This document shows positions 1 through 10,358 of a stretch of DNA of 41,368 nt, piece after piece (positions within the stretch are counted from its first letter, which is position 1; the number at the start of each line of letters is the position of its first letter). The stretch lies in IMG/VR virus record IMGVR_UViG_2671180984_000033; one strand, 5' to 3'. The stretch comes from a virus (lineage: Duplodnaviria > Heunggongvirae > Uroviricota > Caudoviricetes). The notes beneath the pieces are model-generated. The model made no database searches, was not told the DNA's origin, and saw nothing but the letters and a program-made list of their open reading frames with translations. The position numbers were made by a program, and so were the translations under genes.

Positions 1-270
<270 letters not shown>

Positions 271-475
271 TTACCGTTAAATCATTTTAAAATCAGTAAG
301 TTGTATCGAGTTTGTATGCTTTACTGTCATTAACTTACTGTATGTTGATCCAGTGTATTTAACCTTGATAAACTCAGTCCAGCAACACAAAACCGCAACA
401 CATTGCATTTTGTCCCGTAGAAAAGACTTGTATGTGTGAGCTTGTTTTCTGCGCCTACGCAGATAAGGATTGAGA

Positions 476-1873
476 ATGCCGCGCACTGTAACACATAATC
501 CGGATAGCCCCAATAATGACGATGTTTTAGCCGCATCTGAAAAATGGGACGCCTGTAAACCCCCCTATACCAGCGCACACATGAAAATCTGTGTTGCTGC
601 CGCCAAAATCATCCTCGCTGCTTCCGGCGTGGCTCGCCGTTCCAAATACGAAAAAGAGAACTATCTCCGTATCGATTTCAGCAAAGCCGGTAAGGTTACA
701 TTTTACGCCGAGTTTCCAAAAAAGATGGGCCTCAAGGGTAAAAAGCTCGGCGAGTGGCCGGAGCTCGCTATCCAGCTGGCGCGCGAAAAAGCACTAGGTA
801 TGGCTGACGGTGGACTGCGGGCAGAGTCCGTACATGCAGCGCTGGAAATGTACCGGGATGACCTCAAAGCCAAAGTAGCCCGTCAGAAGCTGAGCCCGGA
901 CAGTTTCACAACCTACGGGGTGCGTATCGACCGGATTAAATCAACGTTCGGCGAGCGCGAGGTGTTCAGCGACGTAACATACAGTCGGCTGGTGGAAGTG
1001 CTGGACGAGTGGATCGCCACTCGCTCGAACAATAACGCCCTGGAGTTGTTTGCCGAGCTCCGTCGGTTCTGGAAGTTCTGCGCACCTACTCTTTGCAACG
1101 GCCGCAATGTTGCCGCCAGTCTGCCAGATGATTATGTTTCCTCCCGCGTACAGAAACCTACCCCCACACGGCTTTTTACCGATATTGAATCAATCGCCCG
1201 ACTCTGGCTCAATGTTGCTGCCTGCACCTCTGTACACCAGAAGAATGCTGTTCGCTTCATGATCATCACTGGTGTTCGTCCGATTAATGTCCATAACCTG
1301 CGCTGGGACTACGTTCACGAGGAGGCTGGTGAAATTGTTTATCCGGAAGGGGTTATCGGCATGCGAGGGGCTATGAAAACACAAAAGGCTTTCCGCCTGC
1401 CGATAACGCCTGAGATCCGGCGGATTATCGACGAGCAGAAAGCCTGGCGTGATTCAGTTCCTGAGTGCAACAGGGATTATGTATTTTTGCAGCCACGTGA
1501 TCCAATGCAGCCATTTTCAAAACGATCACTGGATAAGCTGGTGAAAACATACAGCCCGGACGGGGCTGTAAAAGGAATAAAACATGATGGGACTGTTAAA
1601 GGGAAAGACGGTGCATTTAATACGATGTGCCGTAAATTCCTTAAGAGCAATGTTATTGCCTTGATGAAGGAAAGAGGCTATTCCCGCTCAGACCGAAGGG
1701 AAATCAGCCTCCTTTGCCTTCACCACTCCAGCAAGTCAGATGACCCGATGGCAGAACATTACGACTTTTCTGATGAGATTTTACAGGAAGAGATTGCGTT
1801 GAAGCGCGAAGCTTTCGAGGCTCACGAGCGGAGCATACTTGCGCAGGTGGCATTGCTACGGCGGCGAGGTTAA
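476..1873 (+). CDS. Tyrosine-type phage integrase
   Basis: ORF track 470..1873 begins at TTG; the ATG at 476 has an AAGGA Shine-Dalgarno about 6 nt upstream. C-terminal HH...Y region and its position at the prophage end fit an integrase. Confidence 0.8.
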   Translation: MPRTVTHNPDSPNNDDVLAASEKWDACKPPYTSAHMKICVAAAKIILAASGVARRSKYEKENYLRIDFSKAGKVTFYAEFPKKMGLKGKKLGEWPELAIQLAREKALGMADGGLRAESVHAALEMYRDDLKAKVARQKLSPDSFTTYGVRIDRIKSTFGEREVFSDVTYSRLVEVLDEWIATRSNNNALELFAELRRFWKFCAPTLCNGRNVAASLPDDYVSSRVQKPTPTRLFTDIESIARLWLNVAACTSVHQKNAVRFMIITGVRPINVHNLRWDYVHEEAGEIVYPEGVIGMRGAMKTQKAFRLPITPEIRRIIDEQKAWRDSVPECNRDYVFLQPRDPMQPFSKRSLDKLVKTYSPDGAVKGIKHDGTVKGKDGAFNTMCRKFLKSNVIALMKERGYSRSDRREISLLCLHHSSKSDDPMAEHYDFSDEILQEEIALKREAFEAHERSILAQVALLRRRG

Positions 1874-2070
1874 TACTGGCTGCGACATTTTTGAATAAAA
1901 GCGTCGACATTTCGGCGCTCATAACGAACTACTTTTGCACTGAAACGAATTGGTGCCAGGATAGCCCGATGACGATGCTTAATATTCCACTCACATAGCG
2001 TTTTCTGTGTAATACCTAACTTTTGGCATACTTCATCCGGGGTGAGTAAATCGTCGGGTTTCTCGCTCAT
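1870..2070 (-). CDS. AlpA-like helix-turn-helix protein (putative excisionase or regulator)
   Basis: 66-aa ORF, LTPDEVCQKLGITQKTLCEW resembles AlpA/Xis-type HTH; last gene of the leftward operon, next to int. Confidence 0.6.
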   Translation of the reverse strand: MSEKPDDLLTPDEVCQKLGITQKTLCEWNIKHRHRAILAPIRFSAKVVRYERRNVDAFIQKCRSQY

Positions 2071-3458
2071 GCTATACCTCTCTTTTTCATGGCATCGAGC
2101 AGGATGTCCTGCACTGTTCGTTTTGAGTTGCGCCGCTCCATCACCATTTCGTCCATAGTGTCGGCAGCAATAATGTGGTGAATAAATACCGGACGATTGT
2201 GTCCGGCCTGTATCTGTCTGGTTGGGCCGATACGTTCAATAATTTGCTGATATTGCTCCAGGTCCCACCAGTGTGAGAAAAATACCAGTATATTTCCGCC
2301 GTCCTGCATGTTCAGACCGTGGCCCGCGCTGGCTGGGTGTGCAAAGAGAACAGGAATCTTTCCGGAATTCCAGTCACGTAGTGTCTGTGGATCCTGGTCG
2401 AGGTGACGACCGCGAGGAAATGCTTTAAGCAAGCGTTCAAGATCGTGTTTCCAGTGATAAGCAACCAGCACAGGTGCGCCAGCTGCTTCGGTCAGTATGC
2501 TGTCCAGCGCCTGTAGTTTGGTGTCATGCAGTTCTGACCAACTTCCGGTGTCATCTGTGTATACTGCGCCGCTGGCGATTTGCAGACACTTCAGTGTCTT
2601 TGCCGCGGCGTTCGGTGCTTCGATGCCTTCGCCATTCAGCTCGAGGTACATTTCCTTTTCCATTTCACGATACTGCTGACGGGCCTTCGGCGGCATATCC
2701 ACGCGGATTACGTTATGGATGGGGTCTTTGATATCGAACCAGTCGGCCGCATCCAGCGAGAGGGTCACATCGGCTAACGCTCGCTGTATTTCACCCTGTG
2801 AGTGAGCAAAAGGCTCCAGTTTGGTCCAGCTCTGCCCCGGAAACTGTATCGATTTGAACCAGCGTGAGGTAAACGCGCCGTAAGTGCGCCCGAGACGTTG
2901 CCCCTGGTCCACAAACCACGATTGTCCCCACAAATCTACCAGGCCGTTCGGTGCTGGCGTACCGGTGAGATTTATCCAGCGCCGGACATACTTGTGCGCC
3001 ACTTTGCCCAGCGCCGCCGCGCGCTTACCACCACCTCGCAGCCGGAAGGATTTTAGCCGGGTGCTTTCATCTGGAATGACAGTACCGAACGGCCATCGTT
3101 CTCCCAATTCTTCAACCAGCCAGACAAGGTTATCGTAGTTGATTGTGAACACGCTCGCGTTGCTGTTCGCCAGCGCTGTAGAGCGCGCTTTGGCGTTACC
3201 GATGATCGGCTGTACCTCAATATTACGCAGATGCCCCCATTTAACAGCTTCATCAGGCCAAGTGCTTGCTGCAACGCGTAGCGGCGCGAGGACCAGCGCG
3301 GGGCGTGTTTCTGCTCCAGCCATGAAAAGATCTTCCAGCGTGGTGAGTGTCGCTACGGTTTTACCCATCCCCATCCCTGCCCAGATGTTGCCGCGCAGGG
3401 GCTCGATTTGATGATTGATGATGAGATCTTGGTAGGGACGTGGTTTAAAAGTTATCAT
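2067..3458 (-). CDS. SNF2/DEAD-like ATP-dependent helicase
   Basis: N-terminal PRPYQ motif and Walker A GMGMGKT; 463 aa. Confidence 0.7.
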   Translation of the reverse strand: MITFKPRPYQDLIINHQIEPLRGNIWAGMGMGKTVATLTTLEDLFMAGAETRPALVLAPLRVAASTWPDEAVKWGHLRNIEVQPIIGNAKARSTALANSNASVFTINYDNLVWLVEELGERWPFGTVIPDESTRLKSFRLRGGGKRAAALGKVAHKYVRRWINLTGTPAPNGLVDLWGQSWFVDQGQRLGRTYGAFTSRWFKSIQFPGQSWTKLEPFAHSQGEIQRALADVTLSLDAADWFDIKDPIHNVIRVDMPPKARQQYREMEKEMYLELNGEGIEAPNAAAKTLKCLQIASGAVYTDDTGSWSELHDTKLQALDSILTEAAGAPVLVAYHWKHDLERLLKAFPRGRHLDQDPQTLRDWNSGKIPVLFAHPASAGHGLNMQDGGNILVFFSHWWDLEQYQQIIERIGPTRQIQAGHNRPVFIHHIIAADTMDEMVMERRNSKRTVQDILLDAMKKRGIA

Positions 3459-3481
3459 GAAGAAAATCCCTGATTAGAAAG

Positions 3482-4084
3482 GTGCTCTTGAACATCATGA
3501 ATGTAAAAGATTTATCAATTACAACGGTTCTCTTGGCCGCCCTTTATTTTATGGCTTTTTCTTTTTACAAAGGGTACAGCTCATTTTATGGATTCCCTGT
3601 AAGTTTTATTTCTATTGGGATTGAGGAAATAGTTAAATTTTCTGTTATTGCATTAGGACTTTTGTGCACCTTAGTCGCTTTGCTGCATATTGATACTGAA
3701 GAGAAGAATATTCCATGGTGGGTGTATTTATTTTTCTTCATTTTGGCCTCTTTGCTTTCATACTGGACAATGTATTTATATGGCGGTAGCTCATACCTTT
3801 ATGAAAAATCCATAAGGGATGTGGCTACCCAAGCAATACTGTTGGGATTTATTAGCCCTATCAGTGTCAGGGCAGTATCTGTTTTTATTAGGAATGAATT
3901 TAGAATAAAAAACAAAACTCATGGGGTTATGCTTTTTATATCTATAGCAATGCTTCCTTCAGTCCTTGGGTGGGCATGGGCATACTTATCAGATGAGCCT
4001 CTTTTTTATTCTAAAAAATATGATGCTTATATTATCGAAAGCTATAACGGAAAATTTGTCTTGGGGAACTGTAAAAAAAAATAG
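3482..4084 (+). CDS. Multi-pass membrane protein of unknown function (accessory gene)
   Basis: About 200 aa with several hydrophobic segments; visibly AT-rich island on the opposite strand to its neighbours. The likely ATG start is at 3497 (track start 3482 is GTG). Confidence 0.5.
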   Translation: MLLNIMNVKDLSITTVLLAALYFMAFSFYKGYSSFYGFPVSFISIGIEEIVKFSVIALGLLCTLVALLHIDTEEKNIPWWVYLFFFILASLLSYWTMYLYGGSSYLYEKSIRDVATQAILLGFISPISVRAVSVFIRNEFRIKNKTHGVMLFISIAMLPSVLGWAWAYLSDEPLFYSKKYDAYIIESYNGKFVLGNCKKK

Positions 4085-4213
4085 CTCTGAATTTATGAGT
4101 GTCGAAGGAATTGAGGGGAAATTAATTCCTGTAAGCATAAAAGAAACACAACAACTAAAAGTATGTTTTTTAAAAGCTTCTAAGCTCAAGAAAAATCGCT
4201 CAGAATGATTGTC

Positions 4214-4510
4214 TCACAATATCCCCTCTAAATTTTTGCTATCCAGTACTACCACGGTAAAGCCTAGCTTTCGCAGACGTTCATGCTCGCGCAACTGGTC
4301 AGGCCGTGGTGGCTTGCCGGGAGATTTACATTCAACGAAAACGAGACGGCCGCCGGGTAGCAGAACAATGCGATCTGGTACCGAGCGGCGACCAGGTGAT
4401 ATGAACTTAAAGGCGACCCCACCAGCCTTTTTCACTTCGGCGACGAGATGCTTCTCGATTAGGTTTTCACGTTCATAGGACATCTGAATCCCACTCTTCA
4501 AAAAGCACAT
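4214..4510 (-). CDS. VRR-NUC domain nuclease
   Basis: 98-aa ORF with the D...E.K-type core (VVLDSKN, FVECKSPGK) typical of phage VRR-NUC proteins. Confidence 0.65.
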   Translation of the reverse strand: MCFLKSGIQMSYERENLIEKHLVAEVKKAGGVAFKFISPGRRSVPDRIVLLPGGRLVFVECKSPGKPPRPDQLREHERLRKLGFTVVVLDSKNLEGIL

Positions 4511-4772
4511 TCAATTCCAGTTTCTCTGCCAACGCGTTTTCTGCACGTGCGCCGGCAGAGTACTCCCACTCTTTGAGCATATAAATCGTATCGGCACAGC
4601 GAAGCATTGCGAGGCAGATGTCCATGTACTGAGCCTGTGTCAAACTATTGGGTAAAGTTGCGGGGTTAAGCACAACATATCCCTTGTCCGTTAGCCTCTT
4701 TGCTGCGGAATGAAAGGCCGGGCGGTTAAATTGCTCGTAACCGCTCATTGGCCCGGCAACGTAAACGATCAT
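4473..4772 (-). CDS. DUF4406 / nucleoside 2-deoxyribosyltransferase-like protein
   Basis: 99 aa, N-terminal MIVYVAGPMSG motif as recalled for this family; overlaps neighbours in an operon. Confidence 0.45.
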   Translation of the reverse strand: MIVYVAGPMSGYEQFNRPAFHSAAKRLTDKGYVVLNPATLPNSLTQAQYMDICLAMLRCADTIYMLKEWEYSAGARAENALAEKLELNVLFEEWDSDVL

Positions 4773-4984
4773 TCTTCGACCGCCTTACGCTTTTCACGCA
4801 TATTCTGCATCAGGCAAAAATCAGATCTGCGTTCACTCCATTCCTGATTCAGTTCGTGATGTGATTCGCGGTTGGCTTTTGCCCAGACCTCCGCTGCCCG
4901 GTCATATTCGCCGGATTGTTCAAGTCGCAAAGCTTCCCTTGCAGCCCTGTAATAAAGTGGATTGTCCCGGTATTTAAATGACAT
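4769..4984 (-). CDS. Hypothetical small phage protein
   Basis: 71-aa ORF tightly packed between the polymerase and DUF4406-like genes. Confidence 0.4.
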   Translation of the reverse strand: MSFKYRDNPLYYRAAREALRLEQSGEYDRAAEVWAKANRESHHELNQEWSERRSDFCLMQNMREKRKAVEE

Positions 4985-4989
4985 AGGAG

Positions 4990-7053
4990 TTAATCCTTAC
5001 GGTAGTGGTACGCCTCAAAACCGCCAGCGTTCAGTGGGATATCGGGCGCCCATTCGGGGTTAGTGGAGAGAAGTGCGGAAAGCGCTTTATCGTTGAAATC
5101 TTCTGTGTCAGGTGCTTCGGTGATCACCTCGTCGTGTACCGTCAGCACAATGCTGTAACCGGCATCTTCGATAAGCGGCATGTTTCCGGCCAGAATGTCG
5201 CGGGCGGCCGCCTGGGTGATGTTCTCCACCAGCTTTCCGCCGTAGGTTTTGAGTCGTTGCCATTTACGCGAATAAGAGTTAACCCCCATGTAGGTGATAT
5301 TCCCTTTTTCGATAACCGGAGACGGGTAGCATACAGCGCGTCCGGATGGTAGCTGTATGCGCAGCCACGCGCCATCGCGGCGGATTTTAAGATAACCGCA
5401 ATACAATGTTTTTTGCGGTGTGGCGATTGCAGTGCGGACGGTGCGCTCCAGTTCGTACCAGAAATCACAGGTCGCGGGATGCGCCCGGCGCCAGAGACGT
5501 TTAAGTGAGTCGCAGGCGATAAATACCCGTTCAGAAAGCCCGTAGGTTGACTTGCGTTTAACCGATTCGTCGTACCAGCTTTTCGCCTCGCGGATAACAT
5601 CGCGGGGAATGTTTGGTAGTGCGGCGTTCGCCAGCTCGTCGAGATCGAGACCGTAAACCAGTGCAAAAGTGATGAAGGCCGACACACCACCACCATAACC
5701 CAGACCGAGTTCCATGACTTTACCGATCTGACGCATGTGTTTATCAACATCATCTGGTGCAATATCGAAAGCTTTTGCATACGCCAGTTTATATAAGTCC
5801 GGACCCGTTCCGGCGTCGTACTCTCTGAATGCATTCAGTTTCCATTCTTCTCCTGCCAGCCATGCCAGCATACGGCCTTCAATGTTCGACAAGTCACTTA
5901 CCACCAGTTTTTTGCCTGTTGGCGCGATAATGCAGCCACGTAACGCTGAACTGGTTAGTTCCATGATATTGTCAAACAGCAGGTCTGCACATCCGGCTTT
6001 CAGTGCTTCGATGCCTTCGTCTATTTGTTCCTGTTTTAGTGAAGGGCGGGGAAGATTCTGGGGCTGGAATAGCCGTCCGGCCCAACGACCGGTACGTGAC
6101 GCCCCGCAGAACTGTAGCGTACCGCGTAAGCGCCCGTCGTGGCTTACGCCTTTCATCAGTGCCTTGTATTTACTGGTGCTGGTAGTACTGGCCTGCAGTC
6201 GGATAGCCAGCAGTTCTTTCACGGCAGATGGTAAATCGGGGTCGGCAATACGACGTTCCAGAGTACTGCGTTGCATGTCTGGTAGCTCCACACCGTAGGA
6301 TTCAACAATGTGCTTAATCAACGCGTCTCGTTGTGTGGCTGCCTGCACTTCGCCATCAGTCATTTCCTGTGTACGCTTTGCCAGGCGCTTTTGCTCCTGG
6401 TCTACCGCTTCGATCGCAGCGCGCGCGAGTTGCATGTCCATGCAGACGCCCCGGTCGTTGATCTGCTGATCACGATGCCAGAGCGCCAGCTCTGTCCCCT
6501 GATAATTCCACTTCGGCAGACGTTTATAGACTTCGCGCATTGCCTCGATATCCAGTCCGGCGTAAGCAACAAAGCGCCGCCATTCTTCCGGGTGGGTTTT
6601 GCTGGTGGCACGGCGCAGTTTGCTGTTTTTCGGGCGGGGCTTACAGAACAGCTGGATCAGCGCTTTACCTTCTTTGTCCTTCGCTTTGTCTTGCGGGACG
6701 CCGAGTATTTCGCAGAGTTCCCCCAGAGACCCCGGGAGACCGTGCGCCAGCGCCTGCACCATTGTGTCGCGCCAACGTTCGACTGGCGGTGCCAGGCGCG
6801 GCATTGCATAACGCAGGACGGTGCGGTCGAAGTGAGAGTTATGAAAATAAAGCAGGGTTTCAGGGTCTGCGATTGCTTCGTATAAGCCGTGTGGAATACC
6901 ACCACCGGCAGTGATATCCCACACGTTTACTGGCCCGTCGTTGATAGCCCATGCGAAAAGCATCACTTCAACGCCTTCGGCATACGCATGGGTACCGTTC
7001 GTAATAGGGATTTCGCAATAGGTTTCCAGGTCGCCCCATAGTATATTGGACAT
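4990..7053 (-). CDS. Family A DNA polymerase (phage polA-like)
   Basis: 687 aa; contains LTVHDEV (motif C-like) and an N-terminal exonuclease-like region. Confidence 0.8.
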   Translation of the reverse strand: MSNILWGDLETYCEIPITNGTHAYAEGVEVMLFAWAINDGPVNVWDITAGGGIPHGLYEAIADPETLLYFHNSHFDRTVLRYAMPRLAPPVERWRDTMVQALAHGLPGSLGELCEILGVPQDKAKDKEGKALIQLFCKPRPKNSKLRRATSKTHPEEWRRFVAYAGLDIEAMREVYKRLPKWNYQGTELALWHRDQQINDRGVCMDMQLARAAIEAVDQEQKRLAKRTQEMTDGEVQAATQRDALIKHIVESYGVELPDMQRSTLERRIADPDLPSAVKELLAIRLQASTTSTSKYKALMKGVSHDGRLRGTLQFCGASRTGRWAGRLFQPQNLPRPSLKQEQIDEGIEALKAGCADLLFDNIMELTSSALRGCIIAPTGKKLVVSDLSNIEGRMLAWLAGEEWKLNAFREYDAGTGPDLYKLAYAKAFDIAPDDVDKHMRQIGKVMELGLGYGGGVSAFITFALVYGLDLDELANAALPNIPRDVIREAKSWYDESVKRKSTYGLSERVFIACDSLKRLWRRAHPATCDFWYELERTVRTAIATPQKTLYCGYLKIRRDGAWLRIQLPSGRAVCYPSPVIEKGNITYMGVNSYSRKWQRLKTYGGKLVENITQAAARDILAGNMPLIEDAGYSIVLTVHDEVITEAPDTEDFNDKALSALLSTNPEWAPDIPLNAGGFEAYHYRKD

Positions 7054-7114
7054 AAAATATCCTCATATGGTATATGGTTAAATGCTAGATATCATGAATT
7101 AAAGGAGACAACTA

Positions 7115-7804
7115 ATGACTGTGGGTAATAAGAGACAGCCTAATGGATTACCTGAATATTATTGTCACCGTGGTAACGACATAAAAGATGCGATAGTTCG
7201 GGATTTTATTATTCAGCCTGTTGCACACCTGAAACTTATTACTGGACAAACTAAAACCAGTTATTCCGGTTATCCGTTAACCGATCAGTACTATTGTTTT
7301 TCATTTAAAAAACGCTCTGATGAAAATTGTACAGGGGCTTTTTTCTGTGGTAGAGATGTTGCAAAGGATTTCATTCGGCGTATCGGTTGTACAGAGCTGC
7401 CGTTATTTAATCCTATGAAATCGGATACCAGTGCAGCAATAGAACGTTCCGGTTCTGGCTCAGGTAGTTCTGGTATTACTGTCAAGCCAAATGCTGACAA
7501 AAAGCTATTTATAGACGCAGCTCGTCTGTTAATGACGCTGTGGGATTCAACAAGTAAGGGACAAACCCCACTGGCGTCGGTTCTTAATGAAGCAATTTCT
7601 GGTGGTATAGATAAACCTCCAGAAATTAGACATGTAGTGGCGGTTAATACAATGTTGGGTAACACAAAAAATACTTTAACTGGTTTGCTGGATAAAGCAA
7701 GAGCGAAGTATCCTGATGTGTTATTCAGAGATTTTGATTTCACGCCTCTTAACGAGATTGTAAAACGTTCAAAATCATATAATAAGCATCCCCCTTGTTA
7801 TTGA
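7115..7804 (+). CDS. Two-domain Cys-rich protein of unknown function (accessory gene)
   Basis: 229 aa; AAGGAG Shine-Dalgarno 8 nt before the ATG; N-terminal domain with CH...C...C...C, a SGSGSGSSG linker, then a C-terminal domain; opposite strand to the replication operon. Confidence 0.5.
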   Translation: MTVGNKRQPNGLPEYYCHRGNDIKDAIVRDFIIQPVAHLKLITGQTKTSYSGYPLTDQYYCFSFKKRSDENCTGAFFCGRDVAKDFIRRIGCTELPLFNPMKSDTSAAIERSGSGSGSSGITVKPNADKKLFIDAARLLMTLWDSTSKGQTPLASVLNEAISGGIDKPPEIRHVVAVNTMLGNTKNTLTGLLDKARAKYPDVLFRDFDFTPLNEIVKRSKSYNKHPPCY

Positions 7805-8469
7805 GTATCAGACACTGTATTGGTAGGAAGGCCTATCATTTCATTTAATGTCTCTCGATGTACTGCTGGTGCTAAAGGGACTGGCGGTGCGTCTGTTGGA
7901 AGCAGTTCTTTAGCTTCGGGCCATACATCCAGTAATTGTTTTACTGTCCGAACTTTATTTAGAGCCGCGCTGACGTTCTGTATGATTTCGGTTTCATCAC
8001 TTTTAATTTGTGTGTAGAGAGCATCAAAGCTATAAAACTCCGTTACCAGAGGATCTTCGCCAAGTAGAGTAAATTCTGCAGGTGTTATTTTATTAATATG
8101 CTCGGGGGCTCCTGATTCATAACCTCTGTAGTTGCCATTGAAATAAATGTTTGCTCTGGCTCCAGCCAGATTGAGATATATGCAGCAATCTTTTCGAATT
8201 AAAGAACTATTGTTTTTTAATGCTTCGGGGACTTTTGATACCAGTGTTTCTATTTTTTTTATATTTTTTAATATTTCAGCTTCTTTCTCTACGCCCCCGA
8301 TAGCTGCAAGCCGAACACGTTCGGCCCATTCAACACGAGCAGCTCGTAGTGCTGATTTACGTTTGGGGATACCCGCTTTCTCAAGTGCGTTATTGATGAT
8401 TTGAGTTTTAAGGTGATTAGTTAATACGGGCTGTGACATTATTCTTTCCCTCATGAGATACCCCAGCAC
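7798..8469 (-). CDS. Hypothetical phage protein
   Basis: ORF in the leftward operon; track start is GTG, and an internal ATG (MSQPV..., near 8439) has a better AGGGAAAG Shine-Dalgarno. Confidence 0.5.
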   Translation of the reverse strand: MLGYLMRERIMSQPVLTNHLKTQIINNALEKAGIPKRKSALRAARVEWAERVRLAAIGGVEKEAEILKNIKKIETLVSKVPEALKNNSSLIRKDCCIYLNLAGARANIYFNGNYRGYESGAPEHINKITPAEFTLLGEDPLVTEFYSFDALYTQIKSDETEIIQNVSAALNKVRTVKQLLDVWPEAKELLPTDAPPVPLAPAVHRETLNEMIGLPTNTVSDTQ

Positions 8470-8490
8470 GTAGCTGGGGGATGAATATTT

Positions 8491-9039
8491 TTAAATCAGT
8501 GCTTCAGCATCAGCACCTTCGCTGATATCGTCGAAATCGTCAGCGCTTGCCACTCCGCCGCCAGCGAATGCATCGCCGTCTCGCAGGAACTGGACTCCGC
8601 CGAGTGAGGCATTAATGCGTTTACCGAAATTATTGTCCTGTGCCCAGATATCGATAACGGCGTTTACATAGCACCCTGCATAGGGACGTCCATCAGCCTG
8701 AATTAGTGGCGAACGATCGCGATCAAGAACAGCTGGGCGCGCTTTGTTAGCAGCGTTCAGGAAGAAATTGCCGGGAAAGCCTTCATACTCTGCTTTTTCA
8801 TCACCATCATGCAGGCACAGATTGAGTTTTTTCTCCAGCTGGTTATAAATGGACTCCCACTTCTCCCCCCATTTTTCCTTCGCTACCTGCTTCATAGCTT
8901 TACGGATTTCTTCCAGTTGTGGGTGTTTGGGAGACATTAAAAATACTGCGGAGAAACGCGGATCGCCTTCGCCGTTTACAGTTTTAGCTTCAAACAGAGA
9001 CGGGAAGGCCAGACGAACATTGTTCAGCTTCAGTTTCAT
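8491..9039 (-). CDS. DUF2815-like phage single-strand DNA-binding protein
   Basis: 182 aa with an acidic C-terminal tail (DDFDDISEGADAEALI); sits beside a DUF2800-like gene as in known phage replication modules. Confidence 0.55.
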   Translation of the reverse strand: MKLKLNNVRLAFPSLFEAKTVNGEGDPRFSAVFLMSPKHPQLEEIRKAMKQVAKEKWGEKWESIYNQLEKKLNLCLHDGDEKAEYEGFPGNFFLNAANKARPAVLDRDRSPLIQADGRPYAGCYVNAVIDIWAQDNNFGKRINASLGGVQFLRDGDAFAGGGVASADDFDDISEGADAEALI

Positions 9040-9054
9040 GGGGATTTCCTTAAA

Positions 9055-10356
9055 TCAGATGAGGTCTGCGGTTAGCGTATCGTCGGATACGTCGTCGAAA
9101 TCATTTACAGGGTTGATATTGAGTGCGGGGCGTGGGTCTGACTCGGGAACGACGGTGGGTTTACCATCAGCTCGTGTTATCAGTGCCTCGACTTTTGACC
9201 AACGGCGCGGACTGGCCTTTTTGATAAGTTTTTCGGCTTTTGTGGGACTAATAAGTTTAAAGTCGAATACTTCTTCAGTTTTGTACCTGAACTGGTCCTT
9301 CAGAAGGGCGCGAGCTGCCTCTTCGTCACTCCAGGCCCGGTTACCTTGTTTTTCTGTTACCAGTTTAAACCCCGGTACCGGATGTCCGGCATTGAGTTCA
9401 TTGTGAACCCGGTCCCGTACTGCCTTTAGCCAGGATTCAATAAAGTCGGCCTGGCTATAGATCTCTGCAAGCTGCTCAATGGTTAACAGAGGTACACGTG
9501 CGCTGGCATTGGTGATTATTTCGCTGACAGGCTTTGTCAGATCTTCAAAATCGCTGGCCGCTGTTTGTAAATGCTGCATTTTCTGGGCAGTGCAAATAGC
9601 TTTTGCTTTACAGAAGCGGCACTGTTTTTCTCCAGGTATGAAGTTTTCCAGAGGTAGTGTCTCAATGACTTCGCATTCAGCAATATTGAGAACAAGGATC
9701 GCACTGGTTGCGGCCTTCTGTGCCCGTTCACCGAAAGACTGAAGTTCCTGTACGGTTAACGACCATTCTGAAACGTGGTTGAGCCTTGGCTGGTGAATAA
9801 ATAATCTTACAGTCTCAAAGTCATACAGCATGCTGAATTGTTCGAGCGCACCCAGAGCATACAGTTGTAGTTGCTCATTTTGTTCTGCATCAATGCGGAC
9901 ACCTTTGCCATATTTCAGGTCGTGGATTTGTAATTCGCTACCAGCAATGATTATTCCGTCGGCAGTTCCGAAAGATTCTTCCACACCCGTTATATGTGAG
10001 AAATCAACACGTTGTTCAACCAATAGTTCATTATTCTGTGCAAGAGTCCAGACCGTATCAACATACCGGCCAACGGCTTCGACCATTTCATCATCCACCT
10101 GTGGGCCAGATGTATCATCAGGATTTTCGCGAAGGGGGTATGAGCCGAGAAACATAGAAACATTGCATCCGGCGTAGTGTTCCGGGTGGCTTTGCCTGTT
10201 TCGTAGAACTTTTTCAGCAAGCGCGTGCGCTGCAGTGCCCTCGATTGCAAAAGTTGTTTCTTTATCCGGTTGTGTGGCCTCCAGCGCCAGACTTCCTGGG
10301 CAGCGCATCCATCGATGCGCTGATGATGGAGAAAGTTGTGCATGAACGTCTGGCAT
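9055..10356 (-). CDS. DUF2800-like PD-(D/E)XK nuclease (Cas4-like fold)
   Basis: 433 aa; N-terminal [15 protein letters not shown] signature; cysteine cluster near the C-terminus. Confidence 0.6.
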   Translation of the reverse strand: MPDVHAQLSPSSAHRWMRCPGSLALEATQPDKETTFAIEGTAAHALAEKVLRNRQSHPEHYAGCNVSMFLGSYPLRENPDDTSGPQVDDEMVEAVGRYVDTVWTLAQNNELLVEQRVDFSHITGVEESFGTADGIIIAGSELQIHDLKYGKGVRIDAEQNEQLQLYALGALEQFSMLYDFETVRLFIHQPRLNHVSEWSLTVQELQSFGERAQKAATSAILVLNIAECEVIETLPLENFIPGEKQCRFCKAKAICTAQKMQHLQTAASDFEDLTKPVSEIITNASARVPLLTIEQLAEIYSQADFIESWLKAVRDRVHNELNAGHPVPGFKLVTEKQGNRAWSDEEAARALLKDQFRYKTEEVFDFKLISPTKAEKLIKKASPRRWSKVEALITRADGKPTVVPESDPRPALNINPVNDFDDVSDDTLTADLI

Positions 10357-10358
10357 GA

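Noticed and set aside
277-578. Minus-strand ORFs 277..513 and 330..578 near the integrase start
   Set aside because: They overlap the integrase 5' end and the junction region, with no ribosome-binding site.
5142-6885. Several long ORFs (5142..5834 minus, 5735..6298 plus, 6310..6885 plus, 6540..6914 plus) inside the DNA polymerase gene
   Set aside because: Shadow ORFs within a long GC-rich gene; low-complexity translations rich in Arg/Ser/Pro.
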